IMG/VR virus record: IMGVR_UViG_3300021957_005284
Source of the DNA: an uncultured virus (IMG/VR IMGVR_UViG_3300021957_005284)
Lineage: Duplodnaviria > Heunggongvirae > Uroviricota > Caudoviricetes
DNA length: 64,000 nucleotides
Reading direction: 5' to 3' (one strand)
Under the pieces are notes generated by a model. That model was not told the origin of the DNA. It saw only the letters and a list, made by a program, of their open reading frames with translations, and searched no databases. Positions 30,971 to 40,679 of this stretch are shown one piece after another; within the stretch, counting starts at the first letter, position 1; each line of letters starts with the position of its first letter. Position numbers and translations under genes: made by a program.

Positions 30971-31600
30971 CTAAATTATAGATTTTTTTTGGAATAATCT
31001 ATATCGATTTAATGGATTTAATGTATCGTTTAATCGTTCTTCATCTATATCAAGTTTCCAAGATTTAATTATGTTTAAAGATAGTTCTCTATCTTCTCCG
31101 TATAAATCTTCATAATAAGTAATTGGTATAGATAGTAGTGTTGATAATGTCTGTATTTTTGTTTTAAAATCATAAATCAATTTGTGCTTATTATCTAATA
31201 TAAATTGATTTACATATTCTTTAGGAATATTAGAAAATTCCCAACTAGAATGAATATCCATATTGTTATCTAAATTATAGTATAAACCAATATAACTTTC
31301 CAAAATTTCTTGAGAGTTTCTTCTATCAAGTATAATAGTTTTATCAAATTGTTCTGACATCTCCTTACATACTTCAATATCACTCATATTACCGATATAC
31401 TTTTTTCGTGGTATATCGTGTATTAAATGCTTCACTACTATCTTTTCGTTTTTTAAAATATCTAATGGATATGGGTGTTTTAAATAATTATGATTGTATC
31501 TTCTATATGGTTCATTCAAACCACTATATCCTAAGTTAATTATATTAGACCAGAGCGATGTACTACCTGTTCTTGGTATGCCTATAATTAAAATTTTCAT
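30971..31600 (-). CDS. Sulfotransferase (Stf0/NodH-like P-loop fold)
   Basis: IIGIPRTGSTSL, EP, L.R.N....S and YEDL motifs. Confidence 0.75.
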   Translation of the reverse strand: MKILIIGIPRTGSTSLWSNIINLGYSGLNEPYRRYNHNYLKHPYPLDILKNEKIVVKHLIHDIPRKKYIGNMSDIEVCKEMSEQFDKTIILDRRNSQEILESYIGLYYNLDNNMDIHSSWEFSNIPKEYVNQFILDNKHKLIYDFKTKIQTLSTLLSIPITYYEDLYGEDRELSLNIIKSWKLDIDEERLNDTLNPLNRYRLFQKKSII

Positions 31601-32259
31601 GAGTAAGTTTGTAACAATCTTAGTAGTTCATCTAACGCCTCGTGTCTATGATTATCAACAAGAGTTATTGCATAAACATATTTAGATTCTTTAACTTTTG
31701 GTACTTCGTGTATTGCTGAATCATTTGGGAACTTTAAATCAATTTGTTGTGGGTCACCAGTAAGAATCATAGTTGATTTTTTTCCTAATCTACCCAACAC
31801 CATTCCTAATTGTGATTTAGTTAAGTTTTGAAACTCATCTACAATTACACAAGAATTTTCAAATGTTCTTCCTCTAAAGTGAGATAGTGATACTAATTCT
31901 ATACTTTCTTCTGATTCCATCTTTTGTAGAATAGCTGGCTTGTTGTAAACTTTTCTCATATTAGAACGAATCGGTACTAACCAAGGTTCCATCTTTTCAT
32001 CAAGCGAACCAGGTAGATATCCATTATCTTCGTTTGATACTGTTGGTCTTGTTATAATGATTTTGTTTATCTGTCTTGTGAAGAACATATCTAATGCAAT
32101 TTGTACTGCAAGAAGTGTTTTACCAGAACCTGCTTTACCCATTACAAAATTATAAGGATGGTATAAGATATTTGTCTTTGCCATCTTTTGTTCTTCAGAT
32201 AGAGTTATTGAAAATTTTACTTTACCCTTTGGGGCTTGTTTCTTAATATTTTGTGTCAT
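31597..32259 (-). CDS. phoH: PhoH-family ATPase
   Basis: GKAGSGKT, ITRP, GYLPG...EK, RGRTF, DEFQN, GD..QID; start taken as the ATG at 32259. Confidence 0.92.
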   Translation of the reverse strand: MTQNIKKQAPKGKVKFSITLSEEQKMAKTNILYHPYNFVMGKAGSGKTLLAVQIALDMFFTRQINKIIITRPTVSNEDNGYLPGSLDEKMEPWLVPIRSNMRKVYNKPAILQKMESEESIELVSLSHFRGRTFENSCVIVDEFQNLTKSQLGMVLGRLGKKSTMILTGDPQQIDLKFPNDSAIHEVPKVKESKYVYAITLVDNHRHEALDELLRLLQTYS

Positions 32260-32263
32260 AGTT

Positions 32264-32782
32264 TTATAATAAATTATCAATAAATGTTGCACCACAATTA
32301 AAGTTTAATCTAATTGGTGCCTTATTCCATTTATCTACATATGCATAACCATAATCAGTTCTGCTCATAACCTCTCTAACACAATATGCATATAATTGAT
32401 ATCCACCATTTCTTGGTGCAACTTTTTTAATTACATAAGTTCCACCAGAATAGTTAGAGTTTGGAGTTGGTAAATCTTTTACTTTTTCAATCCAATCATA
32501 AGTTAAGAAATTACATGTCCAAAACCAACCACATACTTCTCCTTTAAAATATTGAATAAAACACGAACAACCTACATCAAATCTTTTTTGTAGATTTTCC
32601 AAATCAGGTCTATCTTTCCAATCGGATAATTCTTCATTAATACTGTCAATGATTTTTTTTAAATCAGATTTATAAGATAAATCAGTTACCTCCACATAGG
32701 TATATCGTGAATCGAGTTCACAAGGAAGTTTGAATTCGGGTGCCCAAATTCTCATTTGTACAACATCTTTTTTGTTAACCAT
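32264..32782 (-). CDS. GNAT-like acyltransferase
   Basis: GWFW, YV....R.GG.Y and VD.WN.A patterns. Confidence 0.5.
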   Translation of the reverse strand: MVNKKDVVQMRIWAPEFKLPCELDSRYTYVEVTDLSYKSDLKKIIDSINEELSDWKDRPDLENLQKRFDVGCSCFIQYFKGEVCGWFWTCNFLTYDWIEKVKDLPTPNSNYSGGTYVIKKVAPRNGGYQLYAYCVREVMSRTDYGYAYVDKWNKAPIRLNFNCGATFIDNLL

Positions 32783-32806
32783 AATACCTTTATTATAAAT
32801 ATATTA

Positions 32807-33325
32807 TTACATTAGAATTTTCTTATCGTACCAAATAATTAAAGTTTTTCTTTTTCCTTTTTTTATTAGTTTTACTTCGTGTTCCTGCTTACCACCATTG
32901 TATATAACATAATCACCAGGAAAGTTTAAACCACTATCTTTTCCATCTATGTATAATTCACCACCATCACAATCAGCTTCTAATAAAATATTTAAAGTTA
33001 CTTTTGAACTTCTATCCAAATGTGGTCTTAAAAAGTGTCCTTCAGTATATGTTACAGTATGTAACGATGTTATATCTTTACTAGCACAACCACTTATTCT
33101 ATTAAGTATTTCAATCAACTCTGTATTTGAATTATCGTAATGTTGTAATTTCATATCTGTAAAATCTTTACCTTCATCTACTAATTTCCATGTTGGAAAG
33201 ATACTAACTCTTTTATCAAATTCTTTTTTTGATATTATTTTAGCACCATCAAGTAGTTCGTTAATTTTACTAAAATCGCTATTACTTAATTTTTTTGTCA
33301 TTATACTAAACTTTTTTTTCTCCAA
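32807..33325 (-). CDS. 2OG-Fe(II) dioxygenase (prolyl-hydroxylase-like)
   Basis: Y..G....HLD, GGEL, HEV..I..GKR..L..W. Confidence 0.9.
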   Translation of the reverse strand: MEKKKFSIMTKKLSNSDFSKINELLDGAKIISKKEFDKRVSIFPTWKLVDEGKDFTDMKLQHYDNSNTELIEILNRISGCASKDITSLHTVTYTEGHFLRPHLDRSSKVTLNILLEADCDGGELYIDGKDSGLNFPGDYVIYNGGKQEHEVKLIKKGKRKTLIIWYDKKILM

Positions 33326-33954
33326 TCAATATCTTTGATATCAATATTATACTTCACACAAAGTGCACTCATTCCCCAACCTTCTGCATATCCTATTCCT
33401 TTTTTATATCTATTTAATCTTTTACTTGTCTTAGTATCAGTCTTATATGTACTTTCCAAAAAGGTTTGAAGTTTTTTTGAATCATCAATAAGCTCATCAA
33501 TGTTTTCTTGATATGGAAATGAAATTAATGCTTCTAGTATATATTGTGAAATAATACCTGTTTCATTTATTATATTTAATAATTTCCCATTTCTCATTTC
33601 AATTTCAAAATCACTAAACCACATAGGTCTATCTATTTCAGATGATAAATCAAAAATCATATAGGTGTATAAACTTGAATTATCATATTTAAGGTTTGTA
33701 TTATATTGAGAAATCCAATCAGAATCAATGTATGTGATTCTTTCCTCGTATGTTTTCGATAAATCTAAAATGAATTTTATTTTTTCGTAATAACTAAATA
33801 TATCTCTAGTGTATTCATAACATGAAGCAGTATTACTAAACTGAGTTGAATCATCAGTTAATATATGTAAACTATTGGTGGTAGAAAATTTATTTATATC
33901 TTCTTTAAATCTATTAATCCAATCACTACCAACACACATTGTAGCGTAAATCAT
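33301..33954 (-). CDS. Nucleotide-diphospho-sugar transferase-like (GT-A) protein
   Basis: ILTD, F.Y..K, DxD motif YIDSD and C-terminal EG. Confidence 0.6.
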   Translation of the reverse strand: MIYATMCVGSDWINRFKEDINKFSTTNSLHILTDDSTQFSNTASCYEYTRDIFSYYEKIKFILDLSKTYEERITYIDSDWISQYNTNLKYDNSSLYTYMIFDLSSEIDRPMWFSDFEIEMRNGKLLNIINETGIISQYILEALISFPYQENIDELIDDSKKLQTFLESTYKTDTKTSKRLNRYKKGIGYAEGWGMSALCVKYNIDIKDIDWRKKSLV

Positions 33955-33962
33955 AACGAGTG

Positions 33963-34100
33963 TTATGCATGTGCTGCTTTAAAATATGTTATAAAATTAC
34001 CAAGTATTGAATTTACTTGATTTTTTTCACTAGTAGTTAATGGTGTAGTTGTTCTTGTTTTTACCGCCTCTGGTGATAATGTTTTATAAACTTGTGCCAT
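33963..34100 (-). CDS. 45-aa peptide (not in ORF track): MAQVYKTLSPEAVKTRTTTPLTTSEKNQVNSILGNFITYFKAAHA
   Basis: Fills the gap between the Hint protein and the GT gene (11 and 8 nt spacers); A-rich start context. Confidence 0.7.
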   Translation of the reverse strand: MAQVYKTLSPEAVKTRTTTPLTTSEKNQVNSILGNFITYFKAAHA

Positions 34101-34111
34101 AATTCTTTCTT

Positions 34112-35902
34112 TTATTTGTTATGTACTAAAATGCCGTTTGCATAAAAGTTGTGATTTTCAGATACACTTAATAGGTTATAAACTGTATGTGTTTCATCCA
34201 ATACATCTACTGTTGAAACTAAGGATTCTTCTCCATTTACTTTTTTACAAGTATCAAGAACTTCTATCTCACTAGCCTTAACCCACCCTTTTCCATTTAT
34301 ATAGAATGGGTGTTCTGATGTAGTAATAATTATATTTTCGTTATCAAGGGTAATTCTAATTACAGAATTAACTTCATGTTGTTTTAATTTACCAACAGTT
34401 CCTTTTTCATTACTTTCACTTTCTTCATTATAGGTAAGTACTTCCTCTCCAATATTAATATCTTCAATATTCTTTACATCTCCATTCGATAAACTAATTT
34501 CAGTACCTGCAACGAAGCAGTTGTGAGTAACAACATTACTTGATAAACCACCATCTGCTAATATAAAGTTATCCACTTCTTCTAAGTTTAAACTATACAT
34601 TGTATAAGAGCCTGAAAGAATTTCTATATTAATTGAACTAATACTTTCTAATGAACCACTTTCATCAAACAACTGAAAATCTGATGTGTTCATTTCATAT
34701 GGGAACCTATATACTATTTGATTATTCACACTATCATAGACAAGTAAATAAACAAATGGTGATACTCTAAATGAGCCACTTGAAAGTGTTATGTTTGCAA
34801 CTGCATTATATTTAGATTGTTCTTCGTAAACAAAAGTAACTTGAGAAGATGTTGCATAAGAACCACTTGGTAAAGTTGAACCTGCGTGAGACCACTCTCT
34901 AAATATTTCCTGCTCATCAGTATCAGGTGCACCATGTATATAATATGCTTTTAAACTATCACCAATCGAACTACCAGAAATCGGTACATGAGTCCCATCA
35001 CTTGCAACTACTTCTTGTTCTCCAATTATACCCTCTGAGTTTACTCTTATTTCATTAGTTGTAAATTCAAAGTAATGGTGTGTTGGCAGCCAATTTACTA
35101 TTAAATTATCATCGACTGGGATTGATGTTGGTTTTTCTAATATTGCTTCAACTTCATACTCTCCAATAGTAGCAATATCTAAATCACTTCCATATATTAC
35201 TTTATAAGACCTAATTGATGATACTTTATTTGCAGTAACATCGCCTGTATAATATTTTTGGATTAGAGTATCATCATTTTGTAAAACTTCTTTTGTATGA
35301 TTTAATCTATCAAGAGATGAACTTGTTGAGTTTCCTATTTTGAAAAAACTCATTGCTGCTTTTGGTCCAATTCTACTATTTCTAACTGCTATATCAGGTA
35401 GGTTTGAAGATGAGTTAATTGTATCAACTCCTAAGTTATCGTGTTCAAATGCAGATGAAGAATATGCAAACGGTACGATAGAACCACTATCAGAATTATC
35501 AGCATATAATTTATATAAATTTATATTATCTTTTGCGTATTCACTATCTAATATTGCTGATTCATCATAAGCTAATCTTAAGATAAATTTGTTTTCTGCA
35601 TCTGTAACTGATTCAGGATATATTGTACATATTTCAATCAAATCTCTTTCAAATGTAGTAACAGATGAACTTAATGCTGCGTTTAATGAACTTGAAAAAT
35701 AATCAACAAACTCTAAATGAAAATCTTTATATATTACATGAACAGTATCAATTGATTCACTTGTAAATACATCGAATAATTCTGTAAAATCTAAACTACT
35801 AAAAGATGCTGATATAAAACCAGTATCTGTATTTATTTCTAAAAGTCTTAAATCTTCGTTTTCATCTTTAATGAAATCGGCTGATATTAATGTTCCTTTC
35901 AT
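34112..35902 (-). CDS. Circularly permuted ATP-grasp-like protein with two tandem C-terminal Hint (intein-like) domains
   Basis: N-terminal SADF.....G/D...LLEINT..G, later IQKY and IRSY; VVTHN|CFVAGT junction at aa 461/462; TTSEHPF; terminal VYNL...HNFYANGILVHN-K. Confidence 0.75.
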   Translation of the reverse strand: MKGTLISADFIKDENEDLRLLEINTDTGFISASFSSLDFTELFDVFTSESIDTVHVIYKDFHLEFVDYFSSSLNAALSSSVTTFERDLIEICTIYPESVTDAENKFILRLAYDESAILDSEYAKDNINLYKLYADNSDSGSIVPFAYSSSAFEHDNLGVDTINSSSNLPDIAVRNSRIGPKAAMSFFKIGNSTSSSLDRLNHTKEVLQNDDTLIQKYYTGDVTANKVSSIRSYKVIYGSDLDIATIGEYEVEAILEKPTSIPVDDNLIVNWLPTHHYFEFTTNEIRVNSEGIIGEQEVVASDGTHVPISGSSIGDSLKAYYIHGAPDTDEQEIFREWSHAGSTLPSGSYATSSQVTFVYEEQSKYNAVANITLSSGSFRVSPFVYLLVYDSVNNQIVYRFPYEMNTSDFQLFDESGSLESISSINIEILSGSYTMYSLNLEEVDNFILADGGLSSNVVTHNCFVAGTEISLSNGDVKNIEDINIGEEVLTYNEESESNEKGTVGKLKQHEVNSVIRITLDNENIIITTSEHPFYINGKGWVKASEIEVLDTCKKVNGEESLVSTVDVLDETHTVYNLLSVSENHNFYANGILVHNK

Positions 35903-35965
35903 GGTATATATGTACTTTTTTTAAATAGTATTCCTCTTATATAAGTATATCTTTTATCAAATTTA

Positions 35966-36331
35966 TTATAATATATCTCGTTTTATTTTATCATATATTG
36001 GCTTTCCTAGTTCTCTTTTTTCTTTAATATCAATTTTGATTGCATTAATTTTAATACACTTTTCGTAATTTTCTTGTTTTGTAAAATATTTTAAACCAAC
36101 CTCTAATACTTCAATATAATCTTTTTGTGGAATTAGTATAGCATGAGATAAATTTGGATGTATCAGTATTACTACCTCACTTCTTTTATCACGATACGCT
36201 TCGTGTATGTTTTGACATACTTGCCAAAGAACATCTGCACCTCGTTGTTTTAAAAAGTTTTTCACTCTTTTATTTCTTGGAAGTAAATAATTTCTCCAAG
36301 ATGTTGTTGCTAACAAATTATTGTTTATCAT
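35966..36331 (-). CDS. Hypothetical protein with UVR-like E.YE.C motif
   Basis: YF..QENYEKC..I. Confidence 0.55.
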   Translation of the reverse strand: MINNNLLATTSWRNYLLPRNKRVKNFLKQRGADVLWQVCQNIHEAYRDKRSEVVILIHPNLSHAILIPQKDYIEVLEVGLKYFTKQENYEKCIKINAIKIDIKEKRELGKPIYDKIKRDIL

Positions 36332-36332
36332 A

Positions 36333-37442
36333 TTAAGACCTTAATACTATCCAAGTATTTCTAACTTTACTCCACCTGTAAGTTGTTCCACCCTTTTTTC
36401 TTCGTTCTCCTGTCCTTCTACCTGGCACACCAAATGGTGGATATAGTAAGCCAGAACTATTATCTGGTTTTTGATTATCATTATCATCAAAATCTCCAAC
36501 ATTATTTTGATTACCTAGTGAGGTACCATCACTATCTCCATCTAAATTTTCACCACTTTGATTTAAATTATCTGATATATTTGATTCTTCATTCAATATT
36601 CTTTTGTTTAAATTATCTAACTCTTTAGAATGGTCCATTCCAAGTTCTTTTGTTAATTCAATTTTCCATGCACCAATATCACTTGCTCTTCTTAATGTTT
36701 CATCACTACTTACCATCCAATCAATATGTCTTAAAATATCTTCTTTAGTTGTTAAAGTTTTTGTAACTGTAACTTCTGCATAATCTTCAGGTATTTTAAA
36801 TTGAGCTTCCTTTGAATAGTTTTCTATAAATGAAAAATCAAATTTAATAACAGGAATAGTAGTTCGGTTTTTATAGGGATTACCGGCGTTTAACTCTGCC
36901 TTTAATTCTCCTAATAAAATAGGTGATGCATAATAATCTCTTTCATTACCATTTACAAATTCTACTATAAAATTAAAACTTGTTGGATATTCATTAATGT
37001 TTAATGAAAGTATATCATCAATATTTTTTGTTTTAAACTCTAAAAAGTTTTCTGAATATTTGCCTGTAAATGTTATTGCTTCGTCCTTTACTGTGTAGTT
37101 TGGAGATGGGTCAGTTCCTACTTCTGTTGGATATGGGTTTTGAATGTATGGTAAACTACTAACACCTAACACCTCAGATACCGTATCTACATTTTCATCA
37201 CTAACGATATCTTGTTCTATTTCTGGTCTTGCTAAAGATGGTTGTGGTTTTTTATTTTCTGGCTTTGTGTTTGGACTTGGAAGCGAAACATCTTGAATTG
37301 GTCTTAATATGTTTGATAGGGTTGGTTTAGAAATACTACTACCACCACCTTTTTCAATTATCATTTCACTATTATCTGATAAAAGTTGTCCACTTATATC
37401 AGTAATTAATCCACTATCAATATTAGGTAATTTATATGCCAT
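36333..37442 (-). CDS. Hypothetical late protein
   Basis: 369-aa ORF with a late motif upstream; low-complexity N/D/S linker. Confidence 0.6.
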   Translation of the reverse strand: MAYKLPNIDSGLITDISGQLLSDNSEMIIEKGGGSSISKPTLSNILRPIQDVSLPSPNTKPENKKPQPSLARPEIEQDIVSDENVDTVSEVLGVSSLPYIQNPYPTEVGTDPSPNYTVKDEAITFTGKYSENFLEFKTKNIDDILSLNINEYPTSFNFIVEFVNGNERDYYASPILLGELKAELNAGNPYKNRTTIPVIKFDFSFIENYSKEAQFKIPEDYAEVTVTKTLTTKEDILRHIDWMVSSDETLRRASDIGAWKIELTKELGMDHSKELDNLNKRILNEESNISDNLNQSGENLDGDSDGTSLGNQNNVGDFDDNDNQKPDNSSGLLYPPFGVPGRRTGERRKKGGTTYRWSKVRNTWIVLRS

Positions 37443-37670
37443 TGTACATTACTCGTTTAGTATAAATATATTTATATCTAATTTGTTAATGTATAGTATG
37501 CTTTTTCTATTGCTTCGTGTATGGTAAGAAAGGGGTCATCTTTTCTTATTTGAGAAACAGTTTCCCACAATTCATCCTTAATTCCTAATGAATGTGATTT
37601 ATGTAATAGTTCTTCTGAATATTCTGAATTTGTGAATCCCATTAATACAACCTCCTTGCATACATAAGTA

Positions 37671-38129
37671 TTACAATCCACCATATTCATCATCATAAAA
37701 TTGAATATTTATTCCAGCTTCTTCTAACATTGAGAAACTTCTGTGGTAGTTTTCTTCCCAATGGTCTCCTTTAGTAGTAACACCTCGTTCACAAAAGATT
37801 CGTGTGATACCAGCGTTTATGATTCCTCGTGCACAATCTACACATGGAATTCCACAAGATAGATACATAGTACAACCTTTAGTTGATACTCCTATTCTTG
37901 CAGCATTGTAGATAGCATTTCTTTCTCCATGTTCGAACCAATAATACTTTTCAGGTCGTTCTTGTCTTTCTTTTTTATTATCTTTTAATCCTCGTGGAAA
38001 TGAGTTGTAACCAGTAGATACGATTTCCTTATCCTTACCAACAATGATTGCACCTATTTGTGTGTTCTCATCTTTAGATTTAAGTTTTACTTGATGTGCC
38101 AAGTTTCTAAAGTATTCTACCCATCTCAT
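37671..38129 (-). CDS. dCMP deaminase
   Basis: GA.IV, TGYN.FP, HGE.NA and PC..C motifs. Confidence 0.92.
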   Translation of the reverse strand: MRWVEYFRNLAHQVKLKSKDENTQIGAIIVGKDKEIVSTGYNSFPRGLKDNKKERQERPEKYYWFEHGERNAIYNAARIGVSTKGCTMYLSCGIPCVDCARGIINAGITRIFCERGVTTKGDHWEENYHRSFSMLEEAGINIQFYDDEYGGL

Positions 38130-38354
38130 AACTATAACTATATTGGTTCGTAATTTATTTCTTGAATTGTTTCACAGAACCAATACTTACCTTCCCTTTG
38201 TACTTTGAATGCAGTATCTGCTCCCAACCATTCTTTAATCAAACTCACATTTTTACAGTTTTCAATTGGTATAATAGCACATATAAGATAGGGGTTACCA
38301 TTAATATATTCGATTGGTCTTTTATTAATTGGAAATCTCATTTTATTTATTAAG

Positions 38355-38428
38355 AGCCTTCGGAGGGACTCGAACCCACGACCTGCTGATTACAAATCAG
38401 CTGCTCTAGCCAGCTGAGCTACAAAGGC
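38355..38428 (-). tRNA. tRNA-Thr(TGT)
   Basis: GCCTTTG...TAGCTCAGCTGG, anticodon arm CTGAT-TTGTA-ATCAG, T-loop GGTTCGAGTCC. Confidence 0.95.
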
Positions 38429-38437
38429 TTGAATTTA

Positions 38438-38656
38438 TTATTGATTAATAACTTCTTCTACAACTTCAGGAGTTGGTGTTTCCAATTCGGTAGTATCTGC
38501 ATTTATCAAACCTTCTAACTTTACCGAATTTGAATCTGTTACAACTTCTTCTGTCATTTGTTTTTTACAAACATCACATACTTTTTTATCTTTCTTTTTG
38601 TCAGTACAACTAACAAAGATTGATGTTATAAAAAATAATACTAATAGATTTTTCAT
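38438..38656 (-). CDS. Small lipoprotein inserted among the tRNAs
   Basis: Lipobox FVSC; CxxC motif. Confidence 0.6.
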   Translation of the reverse strand: MKNLLVLFFITSIFVSCTDKKKDKKVCDVCKKQMTEEVVTDSNSVKLEGLINADTTELETPTPEVVEEVINQ

Positions 38657-38676
38657 AATTAATTAATTTAAATTAG

Positions 38677-38750
38677 TGGAGGATATCGGAGTCGAACCGA
38701 TGACCTCTTGAATGCAAATCAAGTGCTCTAGCCAGCTGAGCTAATCCCCC
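38677..38750 (-). tRNA. tRNA-Ala(TGC)
   Basis: GGGGGAT...TAGCTCAG, anticodon TGC, GGTTCGACTCC, acceptor stem with G3:U70. Confidence 0.95.
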
Positions 38751-38751
38751 A

Positions 38752-38839
<88 letters not shown>

Positions 38840-38862
38840 TAACTATCGTTCAATTTAATATC

Positions 38863-39258
38863 TTACATATTCATTCTTAATCTGTAAGATTCTTCTTCTA
38901 TTTTTTTGATTCGTTTTATCAACTCTTCGTTGGTAGGTGGAATCATTTCCTTCAATTTACTTTCTAATTTATCTAACCTTGAATCAATTAGAGAATGAAC
39001 ATCTCTATCTAATTCAGTAATATTACCAGATAACATCTCAACATCAATATTAACTCTTTCGTTAATATCTCTATTGAGATTTGCTATTTGTATTTCAGCA
39101 TCCTCTATATAGGATTCTAAATAATTTAATCGCTTTTTTCCATTAAATACACCACTCACCGCATACCCCAAAAGGAATATAAAGATGGATGAGAATGCAC
39201 CTATTACAATATAAAGTGTTTCCATAATTTTCTTTTTTTTAATTAAACAATATTTCAA
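38863..39258 (-). CDS. Membrane-anchored coiled-coil protein
   Basis: N-terminal TM; DSRLDKLE motif. Confidence 0.55.
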   Translation of the reverse strand: MKYCLIKKKKIMETLYIVIGAFSSIFIFLLGYAVSGVFNGKKRLNYLESYIEDAEIQIANLNRDINERVNIDVEMLSGNITELDRDVHSLIDSRLDKLESKLKEMIPPTNEELIKRIKKIEEESYRLRMNM

Positions 39259-39271
39259 TGAACAATAGTTG

Positions 39272-39343
39272 TACTCGGTAGGGGAATCGAACCCCTATTA
39301 CCAGGATGAAAACCTGAGGTCCTAACCGTTAGACGAACCGAGC
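39272..39343 (-). tRNA. tRNA-Glu(TTC)
   Basis: GCTCGGT-TCGTCTAACGGTTAGGAC, anticodon TTC, GGTTCGATTCC. Confidence 0.92.
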
Positions 39344-39822
39344 AATATTTTCTTTTCAGAATATCTAAATGAAAATTTCAATAGATAACTGAAAAAGAAA
39401 TCTCCAGCAATAGAGTTAAGAAAGAATGGTAATGCCATTGTATAACATAATAGAATTCCTTCTATTGTTTTTGGATAACCACCCATTAACCAAACTCCAA
39501 AGTTGGTAATAATAAAAAAGATAAGTGATGAAATAAATACATTCTTAACCCTTATCTTTTTCCAATAGGTTCCTAATATACTAATAAGAAAGAACGAACC
39601 ATATACCCAATAAGAGATACCATAGAAACCTAAATACATATCAGATATCCCCATTGCTATTAAAGGTAAAGAGATACCCAACCACTTGTTTTTAAATGTT
39701 GTTCCACCGAATAAAGCAAGTGCTGTTATTGGTGTAAAGTTTGGTGGATGTGGTAATAATCTTACCAACACCGCCATAATAACAAATCCTACAAGTAGTA
39801 ATTCTCTTTTATTCATCTTCAT
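39322..39822 (-). CDS. Polytopic membrane protein, DUF6580 / ECF S-component-like putative vitamin transporter
   Basis: RLLPHPPNFTPI.A.ALFGG, FF..TNFGVW, Y..T..G...CY..ALPFF.N. Confidence 0.7.
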   Translation of the reverse strand: MKMNKRELLLVGFVIMAVLVRLLPHPPNFTPITALALFGGTTFKNKWLGISLPLIAMGISDMYLGFYGISYWVYGSFFLISILGTYWKKIRVKNVFISSLIFFIITNFGVWLMGGYPKTIEGILLCYTMALPFFLNSIAGDFFFSYLLKFSFRYSEKKILLGSSNG

Positions 39823-39934
39823 AACTTATCCAATCTCTTTTTGATTTACCTTTACGAGAATAATCCTTTTTTGATTTATGAACTTTCTCAGTAGTTTTTT
39901 TACCTATATGATGAGATGCCTCACCATAGGTCAT
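39809..39934 (-). CDS. 41-aa basic peptide, ArfA-like (not in ORF track)
   Basis: MTYGEASHHIGKKTTEKVHKSKKDYSRKGKSKRDWISYEDE; fills the gap between two genes. Confidence 0.5.
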   Translation of the reverse strand: MTYGEASHHIGKKTTEKVHKSKKDYSRKGKSKRDWISYEDE

Positions 39935-40116
39935 ATCATCCCAACTTAACTTCTCTTGATAAACTTTCTTGTTCTTTTGTTTCTTCATTACTTACCAATT
40001 CCATTATTGTGTTACTTCTATTTCTCAAGTATTGTTCTTCTGTCCATTCTGGTGTTCTATCAGTAATAAACTCAATATGATAAATAGATTGAGATTGTGT
40101 TTTTTCTTCTGTTATT

Positions 40117-40677
40117 TTATATATTAATTTTCTCATCTTCTAAATCTTTTAAATATTCAATATATGATTTTTCAAAATCATCTCTACACGATGATACCTT
40201 TTCCCATATAGATTCTCTATATTCATCATCATCCCACATTTTATCATTGTCAATTTCATCATCATAATCTTCGATATCATCATAATCTTTTGCATATAAA
40301 AAAACACCTATTGGGTCATATGATTCATCTTCATATGTACCACAAATATAACAATCCTCTTTCACATTAGATAAAATTTCTGCTAATTTTTCAAGTAATC
40401 CTTGAGGTACTGACCATGCTGATGTTAACATAAGATGAATGTAATCTATATCATCACTATCATCGTATTCAGAATATACCCACTTTGCTCCTACATTATC
40501 AATATACCAATCTCTATCATATTCTTCTGGTACATCTTCATCAAAGATTCGTTTTCCTAAATCTTCGGTATCAACTTGATACTCACCTTCGTTGGGTGTA
40601 AAGATTTCTCTGAGTTTTTCTAATACTTTGTTATCACCGTTTCTAACAATGATGTGAGTACTCATGTGATTTGCCAT
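40117..40677 (-). CDS. DUF1281/YubB ferredoxin-like domain protein
   Basis: M.N...., WY..N.GAKW and SAWS.P motifs. Confidence 0.6.
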   Translation of the reverse strand: MANHMSTHIIVRNGDNKVLEKLREIFTPNEGEYQVDTEDLGKRIFDEDVPEEYDRDWYIDNVGAKWVYSEYDDSDDIDYIHLMLTSAWSVPQGLLEKLAEILSNVKEDCYICGTYEDESYDPIGVFLYAKDYDDIEDYDDEIDNDKMWDDDEYRESIWEKVSSCRDDFEKSYIEYLKDLEDEKINI

Positions 40678-40679
40678 AC

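Noticed and set aside
34112..34519. Classical mobile intein
   Set aside because: No homing endonuclease, and HN is followed by a single Lys and the stop, so there is no C-extein nucleophile; better described as a BIL/PT-Hint autoprocessing domain
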